Shown: piece after piece, positions 9,436-18,483 of the stretch
How the letters are laid out: every line of letters begins with the position of its first letter
Position numbering within the stretch: position 1 is the stretch's first letter
IMG/VR virus record: IMGVR_UViG_3300010155_004257
Coordinates: 1 to 49,925 of that record
Origin: a virus
Taxonomy: Duplodnaviria; Caudoviricetes
Direction: 5' to 3' (one strand)
DNA length: 49,925 nt
The notes under the pieces: generated by a model
Seen by the model: the letters and a program-made list of their open reading frames with translations, nothing else
What the model was told of the DNA's origin: nothing
The model's database searches: none
Made by a program: the position numbers and the translations under genes

Positions 9436-10086
9436 ATGACACAAAAAGTATTGGTATTAGCCGCTCATCCTGACGATGAGACTTTGGGCTGTGGGGGCAC
9501 TCTTGCTCGCCTAGCAGCCGAAGGGGCTTACATAAAGCTTCTTACGTTTACAGATGGAGAATCTGCACGCGGCCAAACAACTAAAAATCGGAACGATAAG
9601 CTGGAGGCCGTATGCACAAAGCTCGGAATTACCGATTATTCCTACTCGAACTACCCGGATAATCGGCTAGATATTATATCCTTATTAGATAAGTGTAAAT
9701 ACGTGGAGCAGAATGTGGATTTCGAACCAAATCTAATTTTTACTCATCATCCTAATTGTCTGAATATCGATCATGAATTGGTGTATCGAGCAACAGTGAC
9801 TGTATTCCGGCCCCAAACTAAAAAAGACCAGACTATTCTCTCCTATGCAATTCCATCCTCCACAGATTATAATCCACGAGGCTCTTTTTTGGGCAACGTT
9901 TATTACGATGTGACCACAACCTATAATGTCAAACTGGAATGCCTGAGAGAAAATTATGATGGGGAGATGCGGCCGCCGCCTCATAGTCGCAGTTACGAGA
10001 ATATAGAAAATTTGATGAAAGTAACGGGCGCAGAGATAGGCGTATCTTATGCTGAAAAATTTGAACTTATAAGGAGCACCCAATAA
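9436..10086 (+). CDS. PIG-L/LmbE family N-deacetylase
   Basis: AAHPDDETLGCGGT, TDGES, FTHH...NIDH, HSRS and AEKF. Confidence 0.88.
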   Translation: MTQKVLVLAAHPDDETLGCGGTLARLAAEGAYIKLLTFTDGESARGQTTKNRNDKLEAVCTKLGITDYSYSNYPDNRLDIISLLDKCKYVEQNVDFEPNLIFTHHPNCLNIDHELVYRATVTVFRPQTKKDQTILSYAIPSSTDYNPRGSFLGNVYYDVTTTYNVKLECLRENYDGEMRPPPHSRSYENIENLMKVTGAEIGVSYAEKFELIRSTQ

Positions 10087-11091
10087 ATGACTAAAGTTTT
10101 TGTAATTGCCGAAGCCGGCGCCAATCATAATCGCGATTTTGATCAAGCTAAAGCATTGATCGATGTAGCAGTTAAGGCCGACGCCGACGCGGTAAAGTTT
10201 CAGACCTATTCCTCGGAGACTTTGTATTCAGCTAACACTCCGGACTTCGCTGGGTATAGGAATATAAGAAAGCTAATAAAAGATATCGAACTTCCTCGCC
10301 ATTGGCAAAAGGATCTAAAGCTTTATTGTGATGATGTTGGAATTGAATTCATGTCGACGCCGTTTGACGAAGTTGCGATTGAAGAGTTGGTGTCTCTAGG
10401 AGTAAAGAGATTAAAAATAGCAGGATTTGAATCAACAGATCCGCGCTTAGTTAAATGTGTAGCCTCTACTAAGCTGCCTCTCATTATTACAGCCGGCATA
10501 GGAAGCAATTTAGAAATGGTCGCCAATATCCTTCGGTGGGCGAGAGAAGAAAACCCCCACGCAGATATTACTATCCTCCATGGCAACAACGCGTATCCCA
10601 CCCCCTTTGAAGATGCTGGCCTGGGCCAAATTGATCTACTGCGCTCCGTGTATCCCGACATCAAAGTAGGTCTTTCAGATCATACACAGGGCATATTTGT
10701 TCCCCCATTGGCAGTTGCGAAGGGAGTTACGGCTATAGAAAAGCATTATACTTTGTCACGACACTTACCGGGTCCTGACCATCCCTTCGCCATTGAACCT
10801 GCCGAATTGAAAGCTATGGTGGCCAATATTAGATTAGCCGAGCTAGTAGGAGGCACAAAACCAGACAACTTTACATCAAGCGAACAAGGAATGAAGCAGG
10901 CGATGCGTGCCGTCGTTGCTTTGAGGCCCTTGGTAAAAGGCGAAAGGCTTACTATACACAATATCACCACCAAGAGACCGTGCTTGGCAGAATCAATACC
11001 AGCTATTGACTATTACAACGTTTTGGGACGCACAGCGGCCAGTGATTTAGAAGAAGATGCAATATTAGCTTGGACCGATCTAAATGAATAA
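10087..11091 (+). CDS. neuB: N-acetylneuraminate/nonulosonate synthase (NeuB/PseI/LegI family) with SAF domain, copy 1
   Basis: IAEAGANHN, AVKFQ, STPFD, GLSDHT, IEKHYT, GPDH and a C-terminal SAF-like KRP segment. Confidence 0.92.
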   Translation: MTKVFVIAEAGANHNRDFDQAKALIDVAVKADADAVKFQTYSSETLYSANTPDFAGYRNIRKLIKDIELPRHWQKDLKLYCDDVGIEFMSTPFDEVAIEELVSLGVKRLKIAGFESTDPRLVKCVASTKLPLIITAGIGSNLEMVANILRWAREENPHADITILHGNNAYPTPFEDAGLGQIDLLRSVYPDIKVGLSDHTQGIFVPPLAVAKGVTAIEKHYTLSRHLPGPDHPFAIEPAELKAMVANIRLAELVGGTKPDNFTSSEQGMKQAMRAVVALRPLVKGERLTIHNITTKRPCLAESIPAIDYYNVLGRTAASDLEEDAILAWTDLNE

Positions 11092-11866
11092 TGTTAAAAA
11101 TTATTGGGAGAACCAGGCAGAACAGCACGAAGAAGATTACAGAGCCACAAACCCAGATTATTATTCTTTTACAAGAGAAATTCAAACTTTAAAGAAGTAT
11201 TTGGAACCAGACACCTCGGTGCTTGAATACGGATGCGGTAATGGTTATGCCGCACGGCAGATTTTTGAGACTCACGCACTTGAATCGTATTTGGGAGTGG
11301 ATTATAGCGAAAATATGATCGACGTCGCAACGGCCGCCGTCGGTAGCAATACTCTCAACTTCGCGCTGCACTATGAAACGGGTAACGTCCTAACTCATCT
11401 CACCGAAAAGAAATATGATATTGTTTTTACTGATCGATGTTTGATCAATTTGGCCAATCATGAAGAGCAGGTTCGCGCATTACAAAACATCCATAACAAT
11501 CTAAAACCGCAGGGAACGTACCTTATGATGGAATGTAGTAAAAAGAGTCTGTCAAACATCAACACAGTTAGGCGTGCTCTAGATTTGTCGCCAATTGAGG
11601 AACGGTGGCACAACTACTACCTCGATGAGGACAAACTTCTAGAAGATATTCAGGACTACTATAGTGTTGAGAAGATAGACAGCTTCGCTAGCAGTTACTT
11701 CTTGATTTCTCGTACCATTAACGCAGTCGTTGGAGCGGCGTCCGGCAGTATCGATTATTTATCGACCATTAACAAGCTGGCCTCACAATTACCGAGCCAT
11801 GGTGACTATGCTCCGCTTAAGCTGTTTATTTTGAAAAAGAAAAACTTTTCATTAAAAAATGAGTAA
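11084..11866 (+). CDS. Class I SAM-dependent methyltransferase
   Basis: VLEYGCGNG, GVDYSENMI, YDIVFTDRCLINL and LKPQG. Confidence 0.85.
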   Translation: MNNVKNYWENQAEQHEEDYRATNPDYYSFTREIQTLKKYLEPDTSVLEYGCGNGYAARQIFETHALESYLGVDYSENMIDVATAAVGSNTLNFALHYETGNVLTHLTEKKYDIVFTDRCLINLANHEEQVRALQNIHNNLKPQGTYLMMECSKKSLSNINTVRRALDLSPIEERWHNYYLDEDKLLEDIQDYYSVEKIDSFASSYFLISRTINAVVGAASGSIDYLSTINKLASQLPSHGDYAPLKLFILKKKNFSLKNE

Positions 11867-12863
11867 TAAGACATTTATTATTGCGGAAGCAGGATCCAAC
11901 CATAACGGAGATTTTGAAACTGCTAAAAAACTTATTGATGTGGCGGTCACCGCAGAAGCAAATGCGGTGAAGTTTCAGTCATTTCGGGCCGAGAAGCTTT
12001 TTAGTACCAAAGCCGGGAAAGTAAACAACTTTGATGTTTTTGAGCTTTTCCGGCCCCGGGAAACCCCTCACGCGTGGAACAGAGACCTGAAGCTCTATTG
12101 TGATGATCGAGACATCGAATTCATGTCAACCCCTTTTGATGAAGAGGCTGTCGACCTTTTATATGAGATTGGCGTCTCCCGTTTTAAGGTAGCTGGCTTT
12201 GAGAGCACCGATTTACGCTTTATTAAGTATGTTGCCTCGACACGGTTGCCCATCATCATTTCGGCCGGCCTCGAATGCGGCAAGGAGATGATATCTCAAA
12301 TCATTACTACGTGTCACGGAGTAGGGTGTGAAGATATAACTATTTTACACTGCAACAGTGCATATCCTACCCCCCAATCCGAAATCAATCTGGATACTAT
12401 AAAGTTTTTAAGTGACGAATTCAATGGCCAAATACGAATAGGCCTTTCGGACCACACTCTTTCCTCTATTACTCCCGCTCTGGCAGTCTGTCACGGTGCT
12501 ACATGCGTAGAAAAGCACTATACTCTTTCTAAGACTATGGAGGGCCCTGACCACTCTTTTGCAGTAGAGCCTGCCCAGCTCAAAGAAATGGTAAAATATA
12601 TCCGACTAGCGGAGGTGTCCGGGGGCCTGAAGTTGGGCATCACTAACAGTGAACAAGAGAACATTCAGGGACGTCGATCGATCGTACTCAAAAGAAACGT
12701 CTCGGCTGGAGAAGGACTGACAGCGGACACGCTTACTACTAAACGGCCCTATTATGAGGGCTGTATAAAGGCTGAAAAGTTTTTTGATTTAATTGAAAAT
12801 AATAAATGTTTTCTGCTAAACTTAGAGCAAGATGAATTCCTCAAAGACGAACACTTCAAATAA
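11859..12863 (+). CDS. neuB: Nonulosonate synthase (NeuB family), copy 2
   Basis: IAEAGSNHNG, VKFQ, STPFD, LHCNSAYP, GLSDHT, VEKHYT and GPDH. Confidence 0.92.
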   Translation: MSNKTFIIAEAGSNHNGDFETAKKLIDVAVTAEANAVKFQSFRAEKLFSTKAGKVNNFDVFELFRPRETPHAWNRDLKLYCDDRDIEFMSTPFDEEAVDLLYEIGVSRFKVAGFESTDLRFIKYVASTRLPIIISAGLECGKEMISQIITTCHGVGCEDITILHCNSAYPTPQSEINLDTIKFLSDEFNGQIRIGLSDHTLSSITPALAVCHGATCVEKHYTLSKTMEGPDHSFAVEPAQLKEMVKYIRLAEVSGGLKLGITNSEQENIQGRRSIVLKRNVSAGEGLTADTLTTKRPYYEGCIKAEKFFDLIENNKCFLLNLEQDEFLKDEHFK

Positions 12864-13083
12864 CTCGGCGCCGTCTCATGGGCTTACGGATGAAGAAATA
12901 ATTCAAGAAATTCAAGATATCCGTCGGCGTAATAACACTTACTGGATGGACTCCGTCCGGATGTGTTTTGAATTAGCTCCATCGCGCGCTAGGAGCCTGT
13001 TCTCCAAGATTAAAGAATGTGATCGACGAATTCAGGAACTTAGCGATTGGTTGGCTAATAATGACCCACAAACGCCTGAGTGA
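12832..13083 (+). CDS. Small helical protein, homologous to the C-terminal extension of the formyltransferase at 16084
   Basis: TDEEIIQEIQDIRRRNNTYWMD aligns without gaps to TDKEILDTIEGIREENNKNWVD; the ORF fills the neuB-neuA gap. Confidence 0.75.
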   Translation: MNSSKTNTSNNSAPSHGLTDEEIIQEIQDIRRRNNTYWMDSVRMCFELAPSRARSLFSKIKECDRRIQELSDWLANNDPQTPE

Positions 13084-13753
13084 TATAGTATTTATAATCC
13101 AGTCTCGCATTAATTCTAAGAGAATCCCTGGTAAAATGCTCCGGCCTTTTGCTGACTCAACTTTATTTGAGATTGCTCTTGAGAAGATTTTGGCGTCATC
13201 ACTGATTCCTAATGAAAATTTTTATGTATCTCTGTACGACGATGTCTTGAAAGACATTGCTCGGGAGAAGGGAATCAACATTTATCATCGATCAGAAAAG
13301 TCGGTAAGTGAAAGCAGCGATACCCGCGTGGTATCTGAGTGGCATAATAAATTGGATTATTCTTATTTTGTGTCCATCAACCCATGTTGTCCCCTACTTC
13401 AAGTGGCGACCATTGAAAATTTTGTAAGACATTATTTGGATAGTCCTTATCCCGGCGCCTTTGGCGTACGCCGTGTGCAAAACTTTTATTGGGACCATGA
13501 AGGCAAACTCATTACGACATATCCCGGTACACTAGATACTAAGTGCGTGGAAGCTACTTTCGAAGGCGCCCATTGTTTATATGCGGGCTCAATGGATCGT
13601 ATTGGTCAAGGCATTTATCTAGGAAACTTTGAACCCAATGACCCCGAGTTATACCAGATTGAAGAGAAAGAAACCTTTGATATTGACTACGAATGGCAGT
13701 TCCGAGCGGCCGAGGTTTTGTACAAGAATAAGGACTATGTTTTAAATGACTGA
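13061..13753 (+). CDS. neuA: CMP-nonulosonate synthetase / acylneuraminate cytidylyltransferase, copy 1
   Basis: IIQSRINSKRIPGKMLRPF, NPCCPLL and FDIDYEWQF. Start placed at the ATG at 13061. Confidence 0.85.
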   Translation: MTHKRLSDIVFIIQSRINSKRIPGKMLRPFADSTLFEIALEKILASSLIPNENFYVSLYDDVLKDIAREKGINIYHRSEKSVSESSDTRVVSEWHNKLDYSYFVSINPCCPLLQVATIENFVRHYLDSPYPGAFGVRRVQNFYWDHEGKLITTYPGTLDTKCVEATFEGAHCLYAGSMDRIGQGIYLGNFEPNDPELYQIEEKETFDIDYEWQFRAAEVLYKNKDYVLND

Positions 13754-14438
13754 TATAATCATATTTGGAACGGGCGAATATGCAGAGTTAGCCCACTACT
13801 ATTTTACTCATGATGCAGAATGCGACTACAATGTGGTGGGATTTACCGCAGACGACGACTACGTTTCGGAGCCTGAGTTTCGAGGTCTTCCCGTCGTACC
13901 GGTCAGCGATGTGGTGAAGGTGTTCCCCCCCGAGCGCTACAAGGCTCATGTTGCACTGTCTTACCGAAAGCTCAATCAAATTCGCCAAGATAAGTATAAT
14001 CTTATGAAGTCCTATGGCTATGAATTAGTGAGCTATGTTTGCAGTCATTCAGTTACGTGGCCCGACCTCAACATGGGAGATAATTGTTTTATTCTGGAAA
14101 ATCAAACAATTCAGCCCACTGTCGTGATAGGCAACAATGTAATGATCTGGAGTGGCAATCACTTAGGCCATGCCTGCACAATAAAAGACCATACCTATAT
14201 TAGTAGTCATGTGTGTATTGCGGGCCATGTAGTTGTAGGCGAACGATGCTTTTTGGGAGTAAATGCGGCCGTAGCCGATTACCTCACGATAGGAGATGAC
14301 TGTTTTGTGGGGATGGGAGCGGATGTGGTCAGTCATGCACCGGATGGGGCCATGGTTCTATGTGCTAAAAGTAACGTTTTCGACAAAGATCACCCCCTCA
14401 ATAAAAAAATCATAACTTCCTATTTTCATAAAGAATAA
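13746..14438 (+). CDS. NeuD/PglD-like hexapeptide-repeat acetyltransferase
   Basis: N-terminal IIFGTGEYA Rossmann-like segment followed by left-handed beta-helix repeats (MGDNCFI, IGNNVMI, VGERCFL, IGDDCFV). Confidence 0.88.
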   Translation: MTDIIIFGTGEYAELAHYYFTHDAECDYNVVGFTADDDYVSEPEFRGLPVVPVSDVVKVFPPERYKAHVALSYRKLNQIRQDKYNLMKSYGYELVSYVCSHSVTWPDLNMGDNCFILENQTIQPTVVIGNNVMIWSGNHLGHACTIKDHTYISSHVCIAGHVVVGERCFLGVNAAVADYLTIGDDCFVGMGADVVSHAPDGAMVLCAKSNVFDKDHPLNKKIITSYFHKE

Positions 14439-14439
14439 T

Positions 14440-15327
14440 ATGTGGATAAAAAAAGACCTTATAATTGAACCACAACATAATTTGTGGTGGATGAAAACCC
14501 ACGCGATGCTCCCGACAGTGGAACATATCAGCGGGGATACTTATCGAGTATATTTTTCAGGCCGTGATGAGACCAATGTTTCGCATATTGGATATGCGGA
14601 AGTAGAAGTAGCCGACGGAGCCATGAAGGTGCTGGGATACAACCCTGACCCGGTCTTCTCCCCGGGCGAACGAGGGTGTTTTGATGACAATGGAGTAACT
14701 CCTTCATGCATTGTAGGTGATAAACTTTATTATATAGGATGGAATTCGGGCACCACTACTTACCGCATGAGCCTTATAATGGGGATAGCCACAGAATCCT
14801 CCTCCGGTTTTGAAAGAACCTCTCGCGCCCCTCTTCTCAAGAGAACCGATCGTGAACCTTTTGGGATCTGCACAGCGCCCTTTGTCCTTAAAGAGGAGAC
14901 GGGATATAAAATGTGGTATGTTTCCGGAGAGGGATGGCGAGATCGGGATACCCCCCTCTATAATATCAAAGTAGCCACCTCCCTGAACGGACTTGATTGG
15001 ACACAAACGGGGAGAGTGGCGATAGATTTGAACCCTGGGGAAACAGCGCTAGCCAGGCCTTGTGTGGTCAAGGATGAATATGGCTATCACATGTACTTTT
15101 CGTACAAAGTTCCAGCTGTCGGGTATCGTATCGGATACGCCCATTCTAACGATGGGCTGGATTGGACACGAGGAGAGCATTTAGAAGTCGACACATCTTC
15201 CACATCCCGGTGGGATAACGAGATGGTAGAATATTCTTATGTTTTTGTCCACAAAAATTTTACTTATATGTTGTATAATGGAAACAACTATGGAGCCACG
15301 GGTATAGGGTATGCTGTACAAAGATAA
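14440..15327 (+). CDS. Five-bladed beta-propeller glycoside-hydrolase-like protein (GH32/43/130 superfamily)
   Basis: Repeated blade motifs: YRVYFSGRD, FDDNGV, YKMWY, S.NGLDW, IGYAHSNDGLDW and YMLYNGN.YG.TGIGYA. Confidence 0.72.
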   Translation: MWIKKDLIIEPQHNLWWMKTHAMLPTVEHISGDTYRVYFSGRDETNVSHIGYAEVEVADGAMKVLGYNPDPVFSPGERGCFDDNGVTPSCIVGDKLYYIGWNSGTTTYRMSLIMGIATESSSGFERTSRAPLLKRTDREPFGICTAPFVLKEETGYKMWYVSGEGWRDRDTPLYNIKVATSLNGLDWTQTGRVAIDLNPGETALARPCVVKDEYGYHMYFSYKVPAVGYRIGYAHSNDGLDWTRGEHLEVDTSSTSRWDNEMVEYSYVFVHKNFTYMLYNGNNYGATGIGYAVQR

Positions 15328-16087
15328 AACGGTAGTCATTATGCAGCCCACTTATTTCCCGTGGGTGGGGTTATTTGACCTTCTGGACGCGGCTGATCTA
15401 ATGGTGTGGTATGATGATGTCCAACTTGTAAAGCGCTCATGGGATTGTCGAAATCGCATCAAAACCTCAAGTGGCGAAGTACTTTTGACGGTACCGGTTT
15501 TCAAGAACGAGAGTCGCGATAATACCACTTTCTCTTCGGCGCGAATTAATTACGAACAGAGCTGGTCACGGAAACACCTGCAGGCGCTTAAACTAAGCTA
15601 TCAAAAAGCTCCGAATTTTGAAGCCATGCATGGGGTGGTAACCTCCATCCTGAGTACTCAATACCCTACTATTGGAGAACTCAATATTGTAGCTATTGAA
15701 GCGTTTGCTGCAGCGCTGGGGATTACCACCCCTACAATACGCTCCTCAACTCTAGAAGGAGTAGAGGGATCTAAAGACATACGTCTCGCCGCAATATGTA
15801 AACAGTTAGAGGCGACCCATTATTTGTCCCCCTTGGGCTCGGGCGCCTATATGGAAGCTTCCTTCCCAGGAGGACATGTGGGAACTGCCGGCATAGAGGT
15901 TCACTACCAGCAGTATGTACATCCGACCTATAATCAACAATATGGAGACTTTGCATCTCACTTGAGTATAGTAGATTTGATGTATAACCATGCTTTTGAC
16001 GAGGCCCTGAGGATTATTCGCTCCGGCCGGCACGAACCCATCCCATGTCGCGACTACCATACATATATGGAAAAGAGGACTCGATGA
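15311..16087 (+). CDS. wbqC: WbqC-like family protein (putative glycyl/acyl transfer to sugar)
   Basis: MQPTYFPWVG.FD, YDDVQ, RNRIK, LTVPV, Y.KAP.F and HLSIVDL. Confidence 0.88.
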   Translation: MLYKDKTVVIMQPTYFPWVGLFDLLDAADLMVWYDDVQLVKRSWDCRNRIKTSSGEVLLTVPVFKNESRDNTTFSSARINYEQSWSRKHLQALKLSYQKAPNFEAMHGVVTSILSTQYPTIGELNIVAIEAFAAALGITTPTIRSSTLEGVEGSKDIRLAAICKQLEATHYLSPLGSGAYMEASFPGGHVGTAGIEVHYQQYVHPTYNQQYGDFASHLSIVDLMYNHAFDEALRIIRSGRHEPIPCRDYHTYMEKRTR

Positions 16088-16926
16088 AAACTTATATTCT
16101 TTTATCTAAAAATGCCCTTACCGAACAAATTTATGAATCCTTTATTAAAAATCGACCTAGTGAAAAATGGGTACTAGTGCGAGATAAGGATGAATTTACG
16201 CTCGAAAAGATACGACACTTAGCCCCTACTAAAATTTTCATTCCGCATTGGTCCCACCTAATCCCTCCGGAAATTACCTCCACCTATGAAAGTATTGTAT
16301 TTCATATAACCGATCTCCCCTATGGTCGGGGCGGATCGCCTCTCCAAAATTTGATTGTGCGCGGGCACACCGAAACTAAGGTTTCGGCTATTCGGATTGA
16401 CGAAGGAATAGACACCGGAGATGTGTATTTGAAGAAGCCGCTAAGGTTAGAAGGAAGTGCAGCAGAGATTCATCGGCGCACTAACCCCATTATTGCAGAG
16501 ATGATTGAGGAAATCATTGATAGTAATATAGCCCCGGTCCCTCAAAAGGGCGACGCCGTAGTGTTCCGCCGCCGCGGCCCCGCGCAAAGCAATATAAGCG
16601 CCCTCCATACCCCTCAGCGCGTCTATGACCATATTCGCATGTTAGATGCTCCCGGCTATCCTCTAGCTTATTTGACCAGTGAGTGGTTGCGCTTTGAGTT
16701 TAGTGAGGCTAGTCTGCAGAAGGATGGGAGTGTTCGTGCTTCGGTTACGATAAAGCCTCGCCGCGATAAAACCGACAAAGAAATTTTAGATACCATTGAG
16801 GGTATCCGAGAGGAAAACAATAAAAATTGGGTTGATTTGCTGCGTTTGGCCATGAGTGTGGACGCCCCGCGGATGAGGCAGTATATACAAGCTTCCCTAG
16901 GCGGGGAAGAGGGGAAGCTAGAATGA
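16084..16926 (+). CDS. Sugar N-formyltransferase (Fmt-like) with an extra C-terminal helical domain
   Basis: HWS, FHITDLPYGRGGSPLQNLI, GIDTGD and IRMLDAPGYP.A. Start at the ATGA overlap at 16084. Confidence 0.87.
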   Translation: MKTYILLSKNALTEQIYESFIKNRPSEKWVLVRDKDEFTLEKIRHLAPTKIFIPHWSHLIPPEITSTYESIVFHITDLPYGRGGSPLQNLIVRGHTETKVSAIRIDEGIDTGDVYLKKPLRLEGSAAEIHRRTNPIIAEMIEEIIDSNIAPVPQKGDAVVFRRRGPAQSNISALHTPQRVYDHIRMLDAPGYPLAYLTSEWLRFEFSEASLQKDGSVRASVTIKPRRDKTDKEILDTIEGIREENNKNWVDLLRLAMSVDAPRMRQYIQASLGGEEGKLE

Positions 16927-17624
16927 CTAAAAAATGCGAAGAGGTGGCCCTTATCGTACAAGCGCGCCTTTCATCCGAGCGAGTACCCGAGAAAATGATA
17001 CGTCCCTTTGGCGACACCACCTTACTCGATATTCTCTTTGAAAAACTCGGCCAGATTACCGTCATTCCACAGACCCAAATATTTGTGTCAGCATACGACG
17101 AGCCTATTAAACAAATTGCGCGCAATCATAAATTGCAAATATATCATAGGTCGGAAGCATCGGCTTTAGAAGAGGCATCATTGCCGCGCATATTTGAATG
17201 GCATGATATGTTGCCTAAACAGTATAAATATGTGATTATTGTAAGCGCGTGCAACCCCCTTTTGAAAGTATCTACCATTGAGGGATTTATTGAGACCTAC
17301 CTGGAGTCAACTGAGCCTGGAGCGTTTGCCGTTATTCCTAAAAAAACATATTATTGGACCCTAGGAGGTGAATCACTTACTGACTGGAAAGGGTCCCCCA
17401 CCATGAATACTAAATATGTCGACACGCTTTACGAAGCAGCCCATTGTTTATATGCGTCGCCCTTAGATTTGGTGGGAAAAGGATACTGGATGTCAGACAC
17501 AGTACCTCCACGTTTGGCCTTGTACCCCATGGATGAGATAGAAGCATTTGATATTGATTATGAATGGCAGTTTAGAATAGGAGAAAAGCTTTATGAAGAC
17601 TTTATGGATTCTGGGTCCCGGTAA
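16923..17624 (+). CDS. neuA: CMP-nonulosonate synthetase, copy 2
   Basis: IVQARLSSERVPEKMIRPF, ACNPLL, EAAHCLYA and FDIDYEWQF. Confidence 0.85.
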   Translation: MTKKCEEVALIVQARLSSERVPEKMIRPFGDTTLLDILFEKLGQITVIPQTQIFVSAYDEPIKQIARNHKLQIYHRSEASALEEASLPRIFEWHDMLPKQYKYVIIVSACNPLLKVSTIEGFIETYLESTEPGAFAVIPKKTYYWTLGGESLTDWKGSPTMNTKYVDTLYEAAHCLYASPLDLVGKGYWMSDTVPPRLALYPMDEIEAFDIDYEWQFRIGEKLYEDFMDSGSR

Positions 17625-18483
17625 CTCTGTCTCTCATTACACTGATCACTTCGATCAGTTGAAGGACCGCACTCTGTTGGCTTATCAGCGGGTGTTTCCT
17701 AATTGTTATACTTATTATAATCTCATTCCGAGTTATTGGACCGGCTTTGATCCCAACGCTCTAGTTGAAGGGTTGGAGTTTCTTACTACTCTAGATAAAT
17801 CTTTACGCCCCTTATTTATGGAGATGGAACTGGTGCTCCCTCATTTCTGTGCGGGGGATTATAGGACTTTTAGACAATATTGTGGGACGACACCTTTGGG
17901 TCGTTCCCCGGCTGCATGGAAAAATTATCAAGATCTAGTTCAAAAAACAAAAGATCTCGGTTACAATGTAACTATACTTCAATGTTATACAACTAAAAAT
18001 ATTGAATTAGAGGAGAAATATACCAACCCTCAATTTAGGGACACCAACATTTTCCAACCCGAGAATGAGTATCTACGCTTTATGACAGATAAACCGATTT
18101 TCGGAACCATTGAGTTTGATTCTGAAAGTGTGATTGGGTCCCGTTATAAGTGGGGCCTGGAAAATAAATTATCGGTTCAAGCCTTTCCTTTAGCGTATGC
18201 TCTGGGCTATAAAGATATTTATGTGGCTGGATTTGATTTGGTAGGAAGTCGATTTTATGATGATAATGAATACCATCCTTGGGATGATGAACGCCAAACC
18301 GGACAAGATGTGAAAGCGGCACAACAAATACCTTTAAAACTAATTGAAAAATGGGTAGACTGGAAACCCTTACACGGTATGAATATTTATAGCGTAGTAG
18401 AAGACCAGTACACATTGGTGAATGAAGTATTACCATATAAGCCTTTTGAAAAGGCTCTCACTGAAAGGAAAATAATACAATGA
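17593..18483 (+). CDS. Putative nonulosonate transferase (Maf/GT42 CstII-like)
   Basis: ILGPGNSV at the N-terminus and LAYALGYKDIYVAGFDL..SRFYD, resembling the ALGYKEIYLSGIDF motif of CstII/Maf proteins. Confidence 0.65.
   Translation: MKTLWILGPGNSVSHYTDHFDQLKDRTLLAYQRVFPNCYTYYNLIPSYWTGFDPNALVEGLEFLTTLDKSLRPLFMEMELVLPHFCAGDYRTFRQYCGTTPLGRSPAAWKNYQDLVQKTKDLGYNVTILQCYTTKNIELEEKYTNPQFRDTNIFQPENEYLRFMTDKPIFGTIEFDSESVIGSRYKWGLENKLSVQAFPLAYALGYKDIYVAGFDLVGSRFYDDNEYHPWDDERQTGQDVKAAQQIPLKLIEKWVDWKPLHGMNIYSVVEDQYTLVNEVLPYKPFEKALTERKIIQ

Noticed and set aside
16084-16926. Methionyl-tRNA formyltransferase (translation gene)
   Set aside because: The shortened N-terminus and the position among nucleotide-sugar genes fit a sugar N-formyltransferase better.
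3202-18483. Ordinary bacterial O-antigen or capsule locus
   Set aside because: No wzx, wzy, wzm/wzt or kps genes and no initiating phosphoglycosyl transferase; the cluster is contiguous with phage-type genes on both sides.
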